Source: Psammoneis japonica (lineage: Eukaryota). Taken from it: 64,000 nt of DNA. The notes beneath the pieces were generated by a model. That model did no database searches, was not told where the DNA came from, and worked only from the letters and a program-made list of their open reading frames with translations. The stretch is from contig QPGO01000067.1 of NCBI GenBank assembly GCA_008632985.1, positions 196,142 to 260,141 of the forward strand, given 5' to 3'. The translations under genes were made by a program, and so were the position numbers. Below are positions 22,901-36,567 of this stretch, piece after piece. Within the stretch, counting starts at the first letter, position 1. Each line of letters opens with the position of its first letter.

Positions 22901-25628
22901 ATGCCTAAGAAGAAGTCCATAAATGTGTCCAAGGCTGCAAAAGCAAAGGACCAGAAAGGATGGAGTAATGAATCCTTTTGGCAGCGTCAATATGAACATG
23001 ATCAGCGAGATGATTGCACTGCCAAACCATCTTGTCGCAGCCGAAGTTTACTTTACGTTGAATACAAACAAGCCACTGAAGCCTTTAAACAGAGTCTCGC
23101 GGCCTTGATAGCCCCAGACTTGTTGGGGTCAAAGGTGTTTGACCTTGTGCGAGCGGTCGAGTCAATAGTCTCGAGGAGAACTTCAGTGTCGCATCAGTTG
23201 CTCGCTACGCTTCGTTCCGCGACTCGGATTCGGCAGCGAGTTTCAAAGACCTATCAGTCTACTGGGAGAGGTGACGAAGGTCATGACTACTTTGTGCAGG
23301 TATTACAGTATTGCTATCAGTGTCTGAGGCCTCTCGTTGTTGACAACGCGTCAGAGAAGCATCAACGTGGCACGTCCGAAGTGGAAACAGACACCATGTT
23401 GAACCAATTTGAAGCCCTCGCAGTGGACGACGATGAGGAACCCGACGAAACTGACGTTGCTACAAAACGCGAAGGAAAATATGAACCGATGCAGCGACCG
23501 CAAGAGCCTGCCACGGACTACAGTATCCAAGACGATCTAATGACGGCTCTGACAGCTTTTTTGCTTGCACTTTCCTCGACACGTTGAACTCTCTCGTTGG
23601 CGAGGTATGCAAGGCATATGCCAGCCTCAAGCAGCTGTGCAGACAAGGACATTCTAAGAGTCTTGCGTTTGAATTAATGAAGTGTGCAGCAGTCGTCAAC
23701 GTTGCTGTACAGGAGCTTCGGTACGCGGAACAAGTCCTTATGGCCGAGCGACCGCATCTAAACACCATCTACAGGATAATCGCGAGTGGACTTTTTCCGG
23801 ACATTATCAATCAGGTGGTTGGTATGATGCATGGAGACAAGAAAGACAAGATGCGCCAGGCAGCAACCTCCATAGTTGGTGACTGCATGGACTTTCAAGT
23901 GGCGCTTAGAGAAGATAAGAGAAAACAATGGCTTCAAAGTGTCAAAAAATTTGATTCGAGATGGATGTCTCAAAACTATTCTGTCAGTCACTTTTGCGTT
24001 TTGTGCAGGCAGTTTTGATGTACGATGCTGGACTGATCGATGACGAGCAATTCATGGAATACACTAGATTCGAAAAAGCAGAGGACGGTAATCGGATTAA
24101 GCGCGATCACTTATTTGGAAACTTTGAATATCTTGCAGCAAATCGGTCAATCGTTCAAACTTTATTCTGCCTGGAGAACTTCAATACGACCGAAGTTTGT
24201 CTGCAGGTAGAAGAGCAGGGCTTGCAGGAGCGTTTTCTTGGGGACTTCTCCACAAAAAGCTTGGCAATTCCAATCATCGGCTCAGTTATCATTCAGTTTG
24301 CCAAAAAGATCAAAAGCAATCTTCGTCCATTCTTACCGTATGAATCCATTTTGCTGCCTCTACTGTCTGAACTTCGAGGATTTATCAGTTTTGAGGCTAT
24401 CGATCGGCCGCCCACTATATCGTTGATTTTCCTTGCCCACGTAATCCTAACAGCAGCCATTGAACAGCAAGGAGATAGTGACTGCTATAGGCTGTCTATG
24501 GCTGGAAAGGTGAGTCTGCCCTTTAAAATGTCATGATATCTTTCCAAGCCCATACTCATCTCTAAAGTGTAATCAGCTCTCGTTTGCGAGGTATATACGT
24601 GAGATTGACCAGTCGTGCAAGCGACCTAACCTGTTTGTCCGTAACATAAGGGAAGAGACACAGAGCAATCTCTTTATCAAATTCCTCGTGTCGGAAGAGA
24701 AGGAGCCTCCAACTTGTCCTGGTATTGACGAAGTAGCGTTCTGGAATCCGTACGTTGCTGGGATGGTCTTGCTTTACACTTGTATGTACAACTTATATGC
24801 GGGGTACGCGCAACTTACTCGAGGCAACCGCCTTACTGTTGCACTTCATTTATCACATGCCCTTGGAGAACGAGGCTTCCAGCTTCCAGACTCCCCGATC
24901 ATTTGTCTTTTGGAACAACTCTTTGGCGAATCAAAACAGGTCTGGGCGGTCCAGCCCAGGCCGAAGCAGGGTGAATTTGCAACCCATTTTTTCCTAGCCT
25001 GTGGCTTGACACCGGACGTCGCCAAAGCCAACTCAAAAAAGTTTGCTCTCATGTGGTTACATTGTAGTGATGGGAGCATGCCCTGTATGAAGCGAAGATC
25101 GTAAGTGTTCTGGCCTAGAGGGATGTCATTACGGAGGTTTCGTGTTCAGCTTCTGACCCGCTATTGTTTCTTGCGAAAAGGGCGTTCCGAACCCGTAGAG
25201 ATCGATTGGGCAAGGCAAAGGATATTTCTCGGAGCTTCCGGTATATTGTTCACTCTGATTTCAGTGAGATTCTGCAAACTTCTAATGTGAGAGACAGCGG
25301 CGAATGGATAGGTGGTTTTCGTCAACAGGTTTCAGAGATATTGTCAAGTCTCGATGCGGAGAAAACATTGCTGACCACCAATTTGTATTCTCTTGCACTT
25401 GATCTGTGCCAAGTATGTCGACCAACGCTAACTGCAACGGGGTGTAAAGTAAATGAGGACACGGAAAACATTGGACCAGACACGGCAGACTTCTCCGTGG
25501 CAGCATGCCTTTCAGGTTTGGACTTGCTTGATGAGTTTGCTGACACCAAATTGTTTGATGATCTCAAAGATGATTTTGTCGCTTTCATTGAGAGCGTAGT
25601 TGTCTCGAAGTACGAATACTTTGTTTGA
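22901..25628 (+). CDS. DUF6604-like hypothetical protein (multi-exon, with frameshifts)
   Basis: Y.EYKQAT..F...L; L...IRQRVS..Y....DEGHDYFVQVL..CYQCLRP; NQFEAL.VDD match my recollection of the DUF6604 N-terminal pattern. Downstream FWNPYVAG. Intron at ~24510-24576. Confidence 0.55.
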
Positions 25629-26149
25629 CGGCACGGACGCTGACCCCCGCAAAAGCAAGCCTGAAATTTGAGAAGTTGGAGAGGCAGACGGAGCGACCTT
25701 GTGTGCGTGATGAAACTTAACGAGTGGTCAAACCCACTCGCACGGAAGATGCTAAAATCTGTAGGACTAAACACTTATTTCTCTGTTCACCATGTCAGCA
25801 TCATCCAGACGTTGATGCAAGCTTCTCGAATAATCAATCCACTGCCTCTCGCGTCATGGTTTTGTGAGCTCTTAATTTTGTCTGTTTGACTGAAACACAC
25901 AGTTTCTGTCTGTGCGTTTCCCAAATTTTGAGTGTCTGTGTCAAATTTTTATGTAGAACCTTCAGATCTGAAGCAACCTAAAACTATCATTGTTTACGGG
26001 TCATTAGGTCGAGTCATAGGTGACCTTAGTATTGATAGTATGTAGAATCTACAGTACGGTTGGGCCGTTGAGTGGGCCAACACACCACACCACCTTTTCG
26101 CTTTCGTTCCGTCGCGCACATCAAAAACACAGCGCAAGTCGTGTCGACA

Positions 26150-29100
26150 ATGACGTCCCTCGTAGCGGGCGCTCTGTCTGGCTTATCGGGAGAAGTGAGC
26201 GATGCAACTCCCAAGAATGATCCTGATGACTTGCAACAGCAACATCATCGGTCAGTGATGGATCAGTTGTTGACAAAGACGAAACGTATCCAACGAGAAA
26301 TGCGCGGTAGGAAGTATCGGGTAAGGATCCTTCGTAGAATTGTACGGGAGTTTGTTGCGATGAGGCGATTGACCTGTTTTTTTTTTCTTTTTTGATTTAG
26401 GAATACAAACGCAGATCCAGGATACAATAACGGCATTGACAGAGTTTAAAGAGGAGGTCTGGCCTCGGAAGGAACTGCTTACGCCTCCAGAATGGATGAC
26501 TGAGAAGAAAGCCAATAAGCGAGAACGGGTCAGCACGGAAAAGACAGCGAGAAAGCGGAGGGCAAAGCGGAAGAGGAGGGCGAACCAGCTCAGAACGGAT
26601 CAGAGAACGAGGAAGAAGAGGCACAGGTGAGGGAGTCAAAAGACCCCCCAGAACAACGAGAATTAAAGGATCCTCCTGAACAGCGAAACGGAGGAGCCAA
26701 TGGGGTCGGTAAAGGAAAACTCGTGATGAACCCTCCGTTGGAAGATGATCCAGAAATTAGCGATCCAATGCACCCGTCCGTAGTAACGGCTATTGAAACC
26801 TACTCGGCAGTCATGGGTCACCCAGCCAAAACGATCAAAGCGTGTGAGCTCGCGTTGGACTGTGTTACCGATCTCATTACCAATCGATATGCTTCGGGAA
26901 GAGCCGGGGGTCGTGAAGGTGAAACTGAGTCAGGCACCCAGGAGGAACCCACTATCTTGCACAATTTGATGGAAAACATTACGGCGTGCTCGGATTCCAG
27001 TTCTGAAAATGTGCAGATCCACGTTGTCAAAGCGTTGCTGGCTCTCATGACATCGCAGAAATGCGGTATCCACGAAGGATCTATGCTTTTGGCTGTGCGT
27101 ACCGTGTTTCACATTTACCTGGTGACCAAATCTCAGCATTGCAAAGAGTTGGCAAAAGATACACTGGTGGATATGTTGAGATCTGTTTTCAATCGAATGG
27201 AAGCGTACGATGCCATGATTCGTAGCGAAGCCGTCACCCCCGGGAGGTACCGCAACCAAGCGAAGAAATGCCATCGCTTTGAACGAGCCGATCCCTTTAG
27301 TGGAGAAAAGGCAGAACAAGCACCAATACCGCCGTCGTTTACCGCGTTTGCGTCTCAGTTCCATACTGACTCGTATCTCTTGTTTCGTGCCTTGTGTAAA
27401 TTGAGTTCCAAGAATCTCCCGGGCGACGAGGACAAGGCTGTGACTACTACCTCCATGATGACGAGTTGGTACAGCACGCCTACCGCAGATCCGCTTGCGT
27501 TGAATTCCAAGATTTTGTCACTGGAGTTGATTCTAGCAGTCTTGGAACACTGCGGTGACGCTTTTTGTCGCGGAGAAAAGTTTATCTACGCAGTCCAGAA
27601 CTATCTATGCGTGTCGCTCTTGAAGAATTGCATGTCTAACAACACAACGGTCGCCTTTTTGAGCCAAAAGATATTTCTAAAGCTGGTACGTCTGGTTTGC
27701 AGATTTTTCGACTGAAATTTTATGGACTTGCTGTTTGTACTTACTACTATCGTTGCTTCTGTGAACAGGTGCACAAGTTTAAGGCACACCTCAAGTCTGA
27801 AATCGAAGTATTTGTGGCGAACATTTTCTTGCGCGTGTTGGAGTCGCCGAATTCTTCGTTGAAGCAGAAGGCACTTGTTCTGGAGGCACTTCGTTCGTTG
27901 TGCGGGGACCCGGTGTTGTTGACGCAAATCTTTCTTAACTATGATTGTGACCTCGATGCGGCCAATTTGTACAAGGACATCGTATTCCACCTGACAAAGC
28001 TCAGTGGGAAAGCGACCGTGGCGCCCGCTGCCAACGCGTCGAAAAAGGAAGTGGAGGATGACTTTGAGTTGAGTTTGGCTGGAGTGGAAGTGTTGCTAGC
28101 AATCTTGCGGGCATACCTGAGAGCGTTGGGATTATCCGTTAGTGACGAGGAGGCTCCCGACAACAGCGCGTCGTCTCGTCTTCGGTCCATGTTGCAGATT
28201 GATGTCGGTTTGGCAGCAACGCCCAGAAAGGGTAGGGATGAACCACACTTGACAAATGAATCATCTAACCACGGCAGTGTGGATGATGGGTCCACGTCGT
28301 CTGATCCGAAAGCCCTTGAACCTTCAACGCCAATGTCACCACCAGCGGGCAAAGAGTCCAGTGCGGACGTGGCTGGCAAAATTGTGAACAAGTATGAGTT
28401 GAAGCGCACGACTGAGCAGAATTTTGAACTCGGAGTGGTCAAGTTCACGCTAAGTCTTAAGTCGGGTCTTAAATTTTTCATTGACAATGGCTTTGTGGAG
28501 CTCGACGCTCGAGAGATGGCTCTGTTCTTCCTTACCAACAAAGATAGGCTTGACAAGACACAGCTGGGAGAAGTCCTTGGAAGAGAACCTGATTCTGCAT
28601 TTGTGAAAGACGAGGGTGTCGACGCAGAGAAAGGCGGTGCGGGCTTTTATGTTCGAATCTTGCATCACTATGTTGACGCCCTTGATTTTACCGGGCTCGA
28701 ATTTGACAATGCGATCCGGTTGTTCCTCTCTGGCTTCCGTCTTCCTGGAGAAGCACAAAAGGTACGGGCTTGAAGATAGCAGGGTTCTTCCGACTAAGAT
28801 GTCGTATCGTCTAACTCCAATTGATTTCCTCCTCGCTTTTTGCTCAGATTGATCGTATATGGAGAAGTTCGCCGAGAGATACACTCGACAAAATTTGGAA
28901 GTTTTTCCGTCTGCGGACACAGCCTTCATCCTTGCGTTCTCTGTGATCATGTTGCAAACAGATCTGCACAATCCGAGTATCAAGGAAGAGAAGCGAATGA
29001 CGGTGGATTCGTTTATCCGAAACAATCGTGGAATATCAGTTGACGGTGGGGATCTTCCCGAGGACTTCCTTAGAGGCATTTTCCAGCGCGTCAAGGAACA

Positions 29101-32100
29101 GCCTTTCACTTTGAAAGAGGATGACGACGCTCGCGAGAAAGCTAATTCAACGCAGCAGACTTTTGACGCGTCGATGTTCTTTGAGGGTCCCGCTTTCTTT
29201 GGGACAAACGCGGAAGAACGGAAGCGGCAAAAATTCAAAGAAGAGCGGGAGGAATTGATGGCTGCTTCTGAAAAACTTTTCAAGCGAAGACCCGGGAAAA
29301 GTCAAGCTAGAGCCTTGCAGGCTGCTTCAGCGCAGTTGACCGATTCGGTAGCTCCGGCTGACGTAGTCAAGCCAATGTTCGACGTGACATGGGGACCGCT
29401 TATTGGTACCTTGTCTCAACTTATGGAATGTTCCGATGACGAACGCACCATCGCAGCATGCCTTAACGGTTTTGTTTATGCCGTGAGAATCGCATCTCAC
29501 AGCGACATGTCTCTCGCCCGTGACACCTTTGTCAACTCGTTGGCGAAGTTCACGTTCTTAGGGTCGATAAAGGAGATGAAACACAAGAATATCGAGAGTA
29601 TTCGGACGCTATTGAGTATTGCTGTGATTGACGGAGAGTATCTTGGAGAAAGCTGGGGTCCCGTGCTACAATGCATATCTCAGCTGGGGCGACTTCGTCT
29701 CTTTGCATCAGGACTGGACACGGACGAGCAGTTTTTGGTTGACCAAGACGCAACTCCGAAAGAGCCGGCAGCAGCCGCCGCAGGAGCTGATGCTGGTGGT
29801 ATGTTTCGGCAGCCGACAAAGGCTGAAACAGACCGAGAGCTCGAGGAGAACAATAGTCGCGCCGTACTTTCCGCTTTAAGCGAAGTCCTTATTGACAAAG
29901 TGTTTACTTCCACGGTAAATTTGTCCGCACGGAGTCTGGCTCTCTTCATCGAGCAACTTGTTGAAGTTTCGGCAATGGAGATAGCGGGAGATTCCAAAAG
30001 AGGAATTAGTGGCTTTGGAGCGAGCTCAAGTCAATCATCGAGCGACCCAATGCTGCGAAAGTTTCAAAGCACAACGAAGACGGTCCACGCATATTCTCTC
30101 TTCAGCGTCTTGTCGAGGTTGCTGACTACAATATGGATGTTAGGCCAAGGCTGGCATGGGCGCAGGTATGGGAAATTATGGCTCAACACTTTTGCAAGAA
30201 TTGGTTGTCATGAGAATGCAATGGTTAGTATTTTTGCCATTGATTCTTTGAGGCAGCTCAGCTTCAAGTTTTTGGAAAAGCCAGAGTTGTCGGAATTTAA
30301 CTTTCAACGCGTGTTCTTAAGCCCATTCCTTCAAATAATGGAGAACAGCAAAACTCGAGAAGAAATTCGGGAGATGATTCTGCGATGTGTCGATAACATG
30401 ATCCGAATGATGTCGCGCAACCTTCGCAGCGGATGGAAGATATTCTTTTCCATTTTGACCATATCATCGAGCGACCCAAGCGAGAAAATAAGCACGCTTG
30501 GACTTGCTATTTTGCAGAGGCTTCTAGATGAGCATATGCATGAGTTGTGTAGGCTTGCAAACAATGAGGAGATTTTGTTGGATGAGCAGGACCTGACGCA
30601 CTCGGAAATGTCGGCGATTGACAAGCGAAACCGCAACGCAAATGTTGAGGACTTTGTTTCCCTATGCAAAGCATCGCTCTCATTTATTCATACCGAAGAA
30701 AGCGAGACCGCTCTTCCGATTGGTTTGTCGATGAGAGCTCTCTGCCATACTGCCTGCTACGCCGACCTTCTCGCGGACCATAGGGTTCTTCCACCTGTTT
30801 CTGGCGCACAGTCTTCTGACTCTCAAGCGCCAGGCTACACGTATGAGGGGCTTGCCGAGCAAGAAGCACTGAAGATGGTACTCTGGCGGCCTCTACTAGA
30901 TGGTCTGTCCGAAGGCATAAGCTCGACCGCCCCCAGCAATTCTGGTGGAGTTGGTTGCTTAGTACAGCGAGGGAGTGCGATGGCGCTGCGCGCGATTCTG
31001 CTGCGTCATGGACACGTATTTACACCAACCGAATGGGAAGTAATGTTGAAGCAGTCGATCCTACCAGCGATGCAGAAAGCTGCCGAATCCGATTCTTCTC
31101 CGGTTACCAACATCACTTCTGAGTCGCCTGCGATTACGAGTTTGGACTTTATCGCTGACCCACTGCCCCTTCCTCCATCTCCTGAAGACCAAGGGTTGAT
31201 GAGGTTTGCGAGTGAATCGCAGAGCGAAGAGAGTGCCCCGACAAGACCTCTGGGTGATGCCGAATTATTAGTAGAAGCTAGTTTTGCTGATCTGCGGCAC
31301 GGCGGGGACGGCAACCTTAGCTCGGCTTATGTTTTCTTGAAAAAGAATGTCGCCCCAAGGAATGCCCATGACCAGCCCTTCCCTGATAGCTGGATAGCCA
31401 CCACTGCCCCAATTGTTGCAGGGATGTTGACAGATATTTCCAGCGAGATTTTGCTAGACCATGGCGAAGCTGCTAGAGTTGTTCTTTTTCCAATAGTTTT
31501 GGGTCAGTTTGATAGATGGATAATTGGGCGTCCTCGTTCCAACGACAAAGGCCCTGATAAACCGTCTGAGCAATGGCACCCATGCGAAGCGTTGGTCCGG
31601 GTTGCCTGTCACGAGTTGAGTCGTTTTCCACATCGACTGATTGAAGCATTCAGTCGTCTTGGTGAGCATGGCGCGGTTGAGTGGACTGCAGCATTTTCTC
31701 TCTGGGTTTCCCAGACACTTTCAAAGAGTGTGACGATCGAGCAAGCTTACCAAGCCGAACTTGTAAAGGCCAAGCTGGAGGTATACGGGTTATCCGAGGC
31801 TTCTACTCACGCCGCTAAAGAAGAGATGGAGGACGATGTCGTGGTGAAGACCCCCTATGGATCAGGACAGCTAGTGGGAAGACGAAAGGATTGCTTCGAG
31901 AATCAAGATGGAGAAGGCACCACGGTCATTGTTGATATTATCGAGCTCGAATCTGGCGCCACACTCTATGGTCCTGAGTCAGAAGATAGGGATACCGGTG
32001 AGATAAATAGAGTACTATCGGGTAAGTTTTCGTGCAGGACTGTTCACAAATATTGACTTTTCCAGTGCTAATGTCCCTTGACTGTTTGTTCTTTGATAGA

Positions 32101-32893
32101 TTCGACTCTGATTTTATTATTGGTCAAAATGGCATCTCGAAAGAGAATTACTTTGAACAGTTTGTCCCTGCTCTCAAGGTTCGTTGCGTAGCGGCGCACT
32201 GCATTCAGCAGTCCCTTTATGCAACCATGGGCGATTTGATTCCCGTTGCTCGAGAGGATGTAGTCTCATCCCTCTTGGAGTCACTCAACAAGTCACGGGA
32301 ATCATCGTGCAATGCCAGCGAAGATGGAGATTTGGCCCACGCGTTCCAGGAGGCCATGTTTAGTCAGTGGGGCGACGGCGTGGAGGAAGTCGAGGAGGCG
32401 TTGTCCAATACAGGCAATATGGGAGGCATGTCGCATCGAAGTGGAAGTGAAATGTTCTTTTTGACGCAACAGGCTGGAGCGACAAAGGCAATTATCCACA
32501 TGCTTGCGTTACTCTACTGTGGAAGCGAGGGCTGGATTGGGATCGCATTTCATTTGCCGAGCCGTTCCTTTTTGAGAGAATAATTGATGTCCTCACAAAG
32601 TTTCTTGAATCCGAATCCAGAGATGGACATTTGATTGATCACAGCGTGTGGCGAAGTGCTAGTGAAAGCGGTGGCAAGATTGCCATTTACTGCACATCGT
32701 TTGCTGGAGTGGTGGTGCACATTCTAGATATCGTCCTCGCTTTGGATTCAACCAGATTTTCCAGCACAACGACAAGCTGTTTCCCTTGCTGTGCGCGTTG
32801 ATTCGAGTTCAAAGCGATGAAATCCGGCATCTAGTTCACGACATTTTCGCCAGGCATGTTGCACCCATGGTTGGAGTTTCCATGTCAGTTTGA
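26150..32893 (+). CDS. Brefeldin A-inhibited ARF guanine-nucleotide exchange factor (BIG/Sec7 family)
   Basis: DCB region (LLAVRTVFHIYL), DSYLLFRALCKLS, HUS box (IFLNYDCD), Sec7 catalytic FRLPGEAQK-IDR.MEKFA, IMLQTDLHNP, HDS (FAIDSLRQLSFKFLEK, NLRSGWK). Introns ~26321-26400, 27686-27768, 28762-28848, 32022-32099. Several indels. Confidence 0.92.
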
Positions 32894-33231
32894 AGCGAGC
32901 GTTTCATATTACCTAAGAATAGACTGGATCGTTCGACTTAATGGGTTCTGGCACCATCTCTTTTTGTAGTTGGTGTTTCTTCTTTGGAACTGTAAAGCAC
33001 ACAAATGAAACAGGATTGGACGATACGATAGGGTGCTTTCATCTAGTCATTTTCTGATAAAGAAGCCTGCGACGGCATGAAAGCAGCATCACTGGATTCT
33101 CCCTCTAGTAGTTGTCTTCAAGCATAACTCGAAGCTCTTGCTTCTAATTTTAAAAACAACCACCGTCGGCTGCCGTTGGCCTCTACTTTTGGACATAATA
33201 GTCATCGAGTCGGAAGGATGTATTCTAGGGC

Positions 33232-36200
33232 CTAGCTGGCAACCACGGACACGTCGTCGACCCAATACTCGACGCCTGCGGGAGGCCCCTCAGCGTAAAG
33301 AATTACATTCACAAGGTTCCCCGTCATTGGCAGGGAAATGGTATTCTGAACCATGGTCCATCCGGAATTCGTGATGGTTCCATAAGCCCCTGGATACTTT
33401 GTACCACTGCCATCCTGGATCCTTAGTGTAAGACTAAAAGGCCTCGCTCTCGGCGTTCTTGAGCATTGCACAGCACGATATTGTGTAAGAGACACCACGA
33501 TCAAGAGCTCGAATCATATTTTGATGGATTCCTTGACAAGTTTGAGATCTACCGCTGACAAGCACAGAACTCCTCCAGAATAGCCTTTGTGGCTTCCCAA
33601 GAAATGTGCGTACCACGGATCTATTCCGCCGTCCTCAAAACCTGGATTTGATACTCGGTTGGAATTCTGCGCAAACGTGGGAACAGGCGTCGGCCATAAA
33701 GTTGGAGGCGGGGTTAGGATCTCACAGTCGGTTGAGGTGGTGCTTGTGCAACACTTGTCGTAAGCTACCTGAACATATCCTGGGGAGCAAACTTCGGGTT
33801 CGATGTAGGCGGGGGGCTGGGAGCAATGTCCGGGGATCGATTCAACACAGTCGACTACGATCTCCAGGTAATTCAGGGTGGCGCGTTTTGGGTGATGCCA
33901 TCGAAGGCATATCTATCGATAGCGTACATTTCCTTACTCCCAGTTCGAGTATCTGGAGTGTCCAGATCCCATAGATGCCATTCCGCAAATTCGCTGTGGA
34001 CAGTATCCCCGGTATATGTCTGAGGAAACTGGATCACTCGGATCCATAAAAGATTCGTTCCAGGATCGAAATAATATGTGTTGACTGAAGCGTACATGTG
34101 CGACAGAGGTGACCTGTTGGAATGTTTCTTTACAGGAGTGGGAATTTGAAGGCGAGCACCACCAGGCAGCATGGGCGACGATTGAAAACGACGTATTCGC
34201 AGGATACTGAATGGCCAGCATGAGTGGTGTCGTTGAATCTGCTTCAACTTGGTCCAGCAGAAGCCTCTTAGGAGGTCCATCATCGAGCGACAACATCCAT
34301 CCAAACCCTCCAACGGGTCCAACGACTTCGGCGTTTGCTGTAATTGGCAGACCACCAGATGGGTCGTTCTTGGCATCAAACATGACCCCAATATGACGGA
34401 TACGGCCGATTGTGGGACATGGAATGTTGGTGGATAGAGGAGGATTCGTCGCCCCCCTATCACCATTGAAGCATGCTGTAACTCCAACGCTATTGGTGAG
34501 ATCATCCCTCCATCTAAAGCGAACGCGTCCAGACCTCGCTCTGGTCCGTTTTTGATGCGAATAAATTCCAGGGGACCTTCAGGATCATGAACCGTCTCTG
34601 ACTCCACCTTCCACCAGTGCCCTGTGTCCGCGAGGCCCGACACAACTATTGCCGGTTATCCAAGACCCGATGCGGTACCGTCCGTGTCCATCCAGTTTCG
34701 CGTCCGACCAGATACGCTTGACGGGTTATGATTATGCTTCCAATCGTGTAGCTTGAACCTACGCCCACAATCTTCATACGCAATGTTGGCTGTGGCCTGC
34801 ATCACTTCTGACGTGAACTGGTCACTTTGGGTAAACATGCCCCAGACTGTGGATTCAGAGTGACATCCATTTTGTTCTTGGAGTCACAACCTCGGGTATC
34901 AGAGTCGTCATACCATCCCGATATCCACAATTGCGTAATGTAGCTTCTGTAATGATATGCTCCTGCCCGGTGTCATACCAGAAGAACCCGTTGGCTTTCA
35001 CACTGCCGGGGCCACTGCCAGGCATCACCCATGTCTCACCGGATCTACACTCAACAAGCAAATTCTTTGTGCCAAAGCCCGAATGAATGGCATCCAGGCC
35101 TAATGCCACGTCATGCGCTTCAAACTCACTCACTTCCATCCGACCACTCCAGCTATTTAGACCGGAGCTTGTGGTGAGGAAGACTTTGGAATTCGCCATC
35201 TTGAACCACGCCCTTTCACCCCCCGTGACAGACTGAATTGCAATCATTTTGACTTATAAACTTGTCAACAAGGCGTGGAGAACGTGTACCTTTCGTCTTG
35301 TCGCGTACAGCATTGTATTCCAAGAGTGTCTTGTCACTTTCAGAATAGAAGAGCGATCCACCTGAGTAGAAGGCCCCGGCGCCTTTCCACCACCATCCGG
35401 TCCAGTGAGCCGTGTTGCCGTCAAACGCTTTAGTCATGCGATTTCCTGGGCGCATATTGATGTGCTTGTGTGGACCGATCGGGGCATAAAGAACTGGCAC
35501 GGCAAAGCCGGCCCAACCGCCCGACGCGGCGTTGCCAATTATGTCGTTGTGGAGATTTTTTTGTCAGATAATATCCGCTTGCAGTCACGTCTGCAGGAAG
35601 GATTAAGTCAGAGCACTCTGAGAGAACACCGGTATGTTTTGTCCACTAACACTGTTGGCGACGTAGTTGCTGACGGAATGAATATGGCTTGCGAGGTTGT
35701 AGGTGATATTGTTTTCTTCCACCCCATCCTCCAAGTAGTAGCAATAACCAGACACGTCGTAAGCGACGTTTTCGGATACTGTCATATTGTGAGTTCCGTG
35801 AATGGAGATGCATCAAAAGAAGCTCCTGTGAATCGAAGAATCCTACTCCAGAGTAAACGTAACAATCAGGACAGTCGCTAAGCACATGAAAATGCATAGG
35901 GTATCGACCGAGGACATTGGTTTGCCCCATGCGAAACAGCTCGATACCTTCAACGTATCCCTTTCCAGACGAGGAGTGGACTATGATATGACCTCCAAAA
36001 CCAGTCTTGTCGGTCCCTGGACAGAGAGCCATATTGGTTCCGAAATGCGATAATCCCGTAAATGTTCCTGGATCTGGGTCGACTGGCTCGGATTCGGCAG
36101 CAGCGCCTTTCTGCTCGGATATTGCGTGTGAGCAGACCAACCTCAGCCTGATAGCCGTTGTTAGCGATGTGATTATAGCTGAGAGGTGATGTGAGATACA

Positions 36201-36340
36201 CGGCAGGTCCTACACCTGGGACAGGATTTTTGTATATGGAATCAACGGTTAGAACCTCATTCTGGTGCCAGTTACGAGAATCGTGAATCGCAATTGTCGC
36301 TACAACGATTTCGTGTCCGGGCTGCCAGTTGACCGTGAGC
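33232..36340 (-). pseudogene. 5'-truncated G8/CEMIP-TMEM2-like beta-helix protein with C-terminal CBM4/9-like domain
   Basis: AEVGLLTRNI, GIELFRMGQTNVLGRYPMHFH, ISIHGTHN.TVSENVAYDVSGYCYYLEDGVEENN, NAASGGWAGF. C-terminal VSGRSQ..QG..LYAEGP..EYWVDDVSV. In-frame TGA at 35813-35815 where Arg is expected (SFF*C), plus many frameshifts. Confidence 0.8.
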
Positions 36341-36344
36341 TAGA

Positions 36345-36545
36345 CGGTGCCATGAGCCATGTAACGCCGTGCGCGACATGACCAGTTGCATCGTAGTGGA
36401 AATTGTCATAATATTATTTGTTTGCAGTCACGTCTGCAGGAGGATTAGGCACTTTGAGAGGACACCTGTATCCTTTGTCCGCCTTTCATGGCTTGCGCGG
36501 TGTGTAGGCGATTCCAGGTAGTGGCAAAACCTAGACACGGGTCAG
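36345..36545 (-). repeat. Degenerate, deletion-riddled copy of ~35520-35760
   Basis: Shared ttgcagtcacgtctgcagga.ggatta..gcact.tgagag.acacc, atggcttgcg.gg.tgtagg and cca.gtagt.gcaa.acc.agacacg. Confidence 0.7.
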
Positions 36546-36567
36546 ACTGGAGACATGTGCTATGAAG

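Noticed and set aside
26150..32893. BIG/Sec7 as a pseudogene or programmed-frameshift gene
   Set aside because: All domains and splice sites are conserved, and similar 1-bp slips affect many unrelated genes. Assembly error is more parsimonious.
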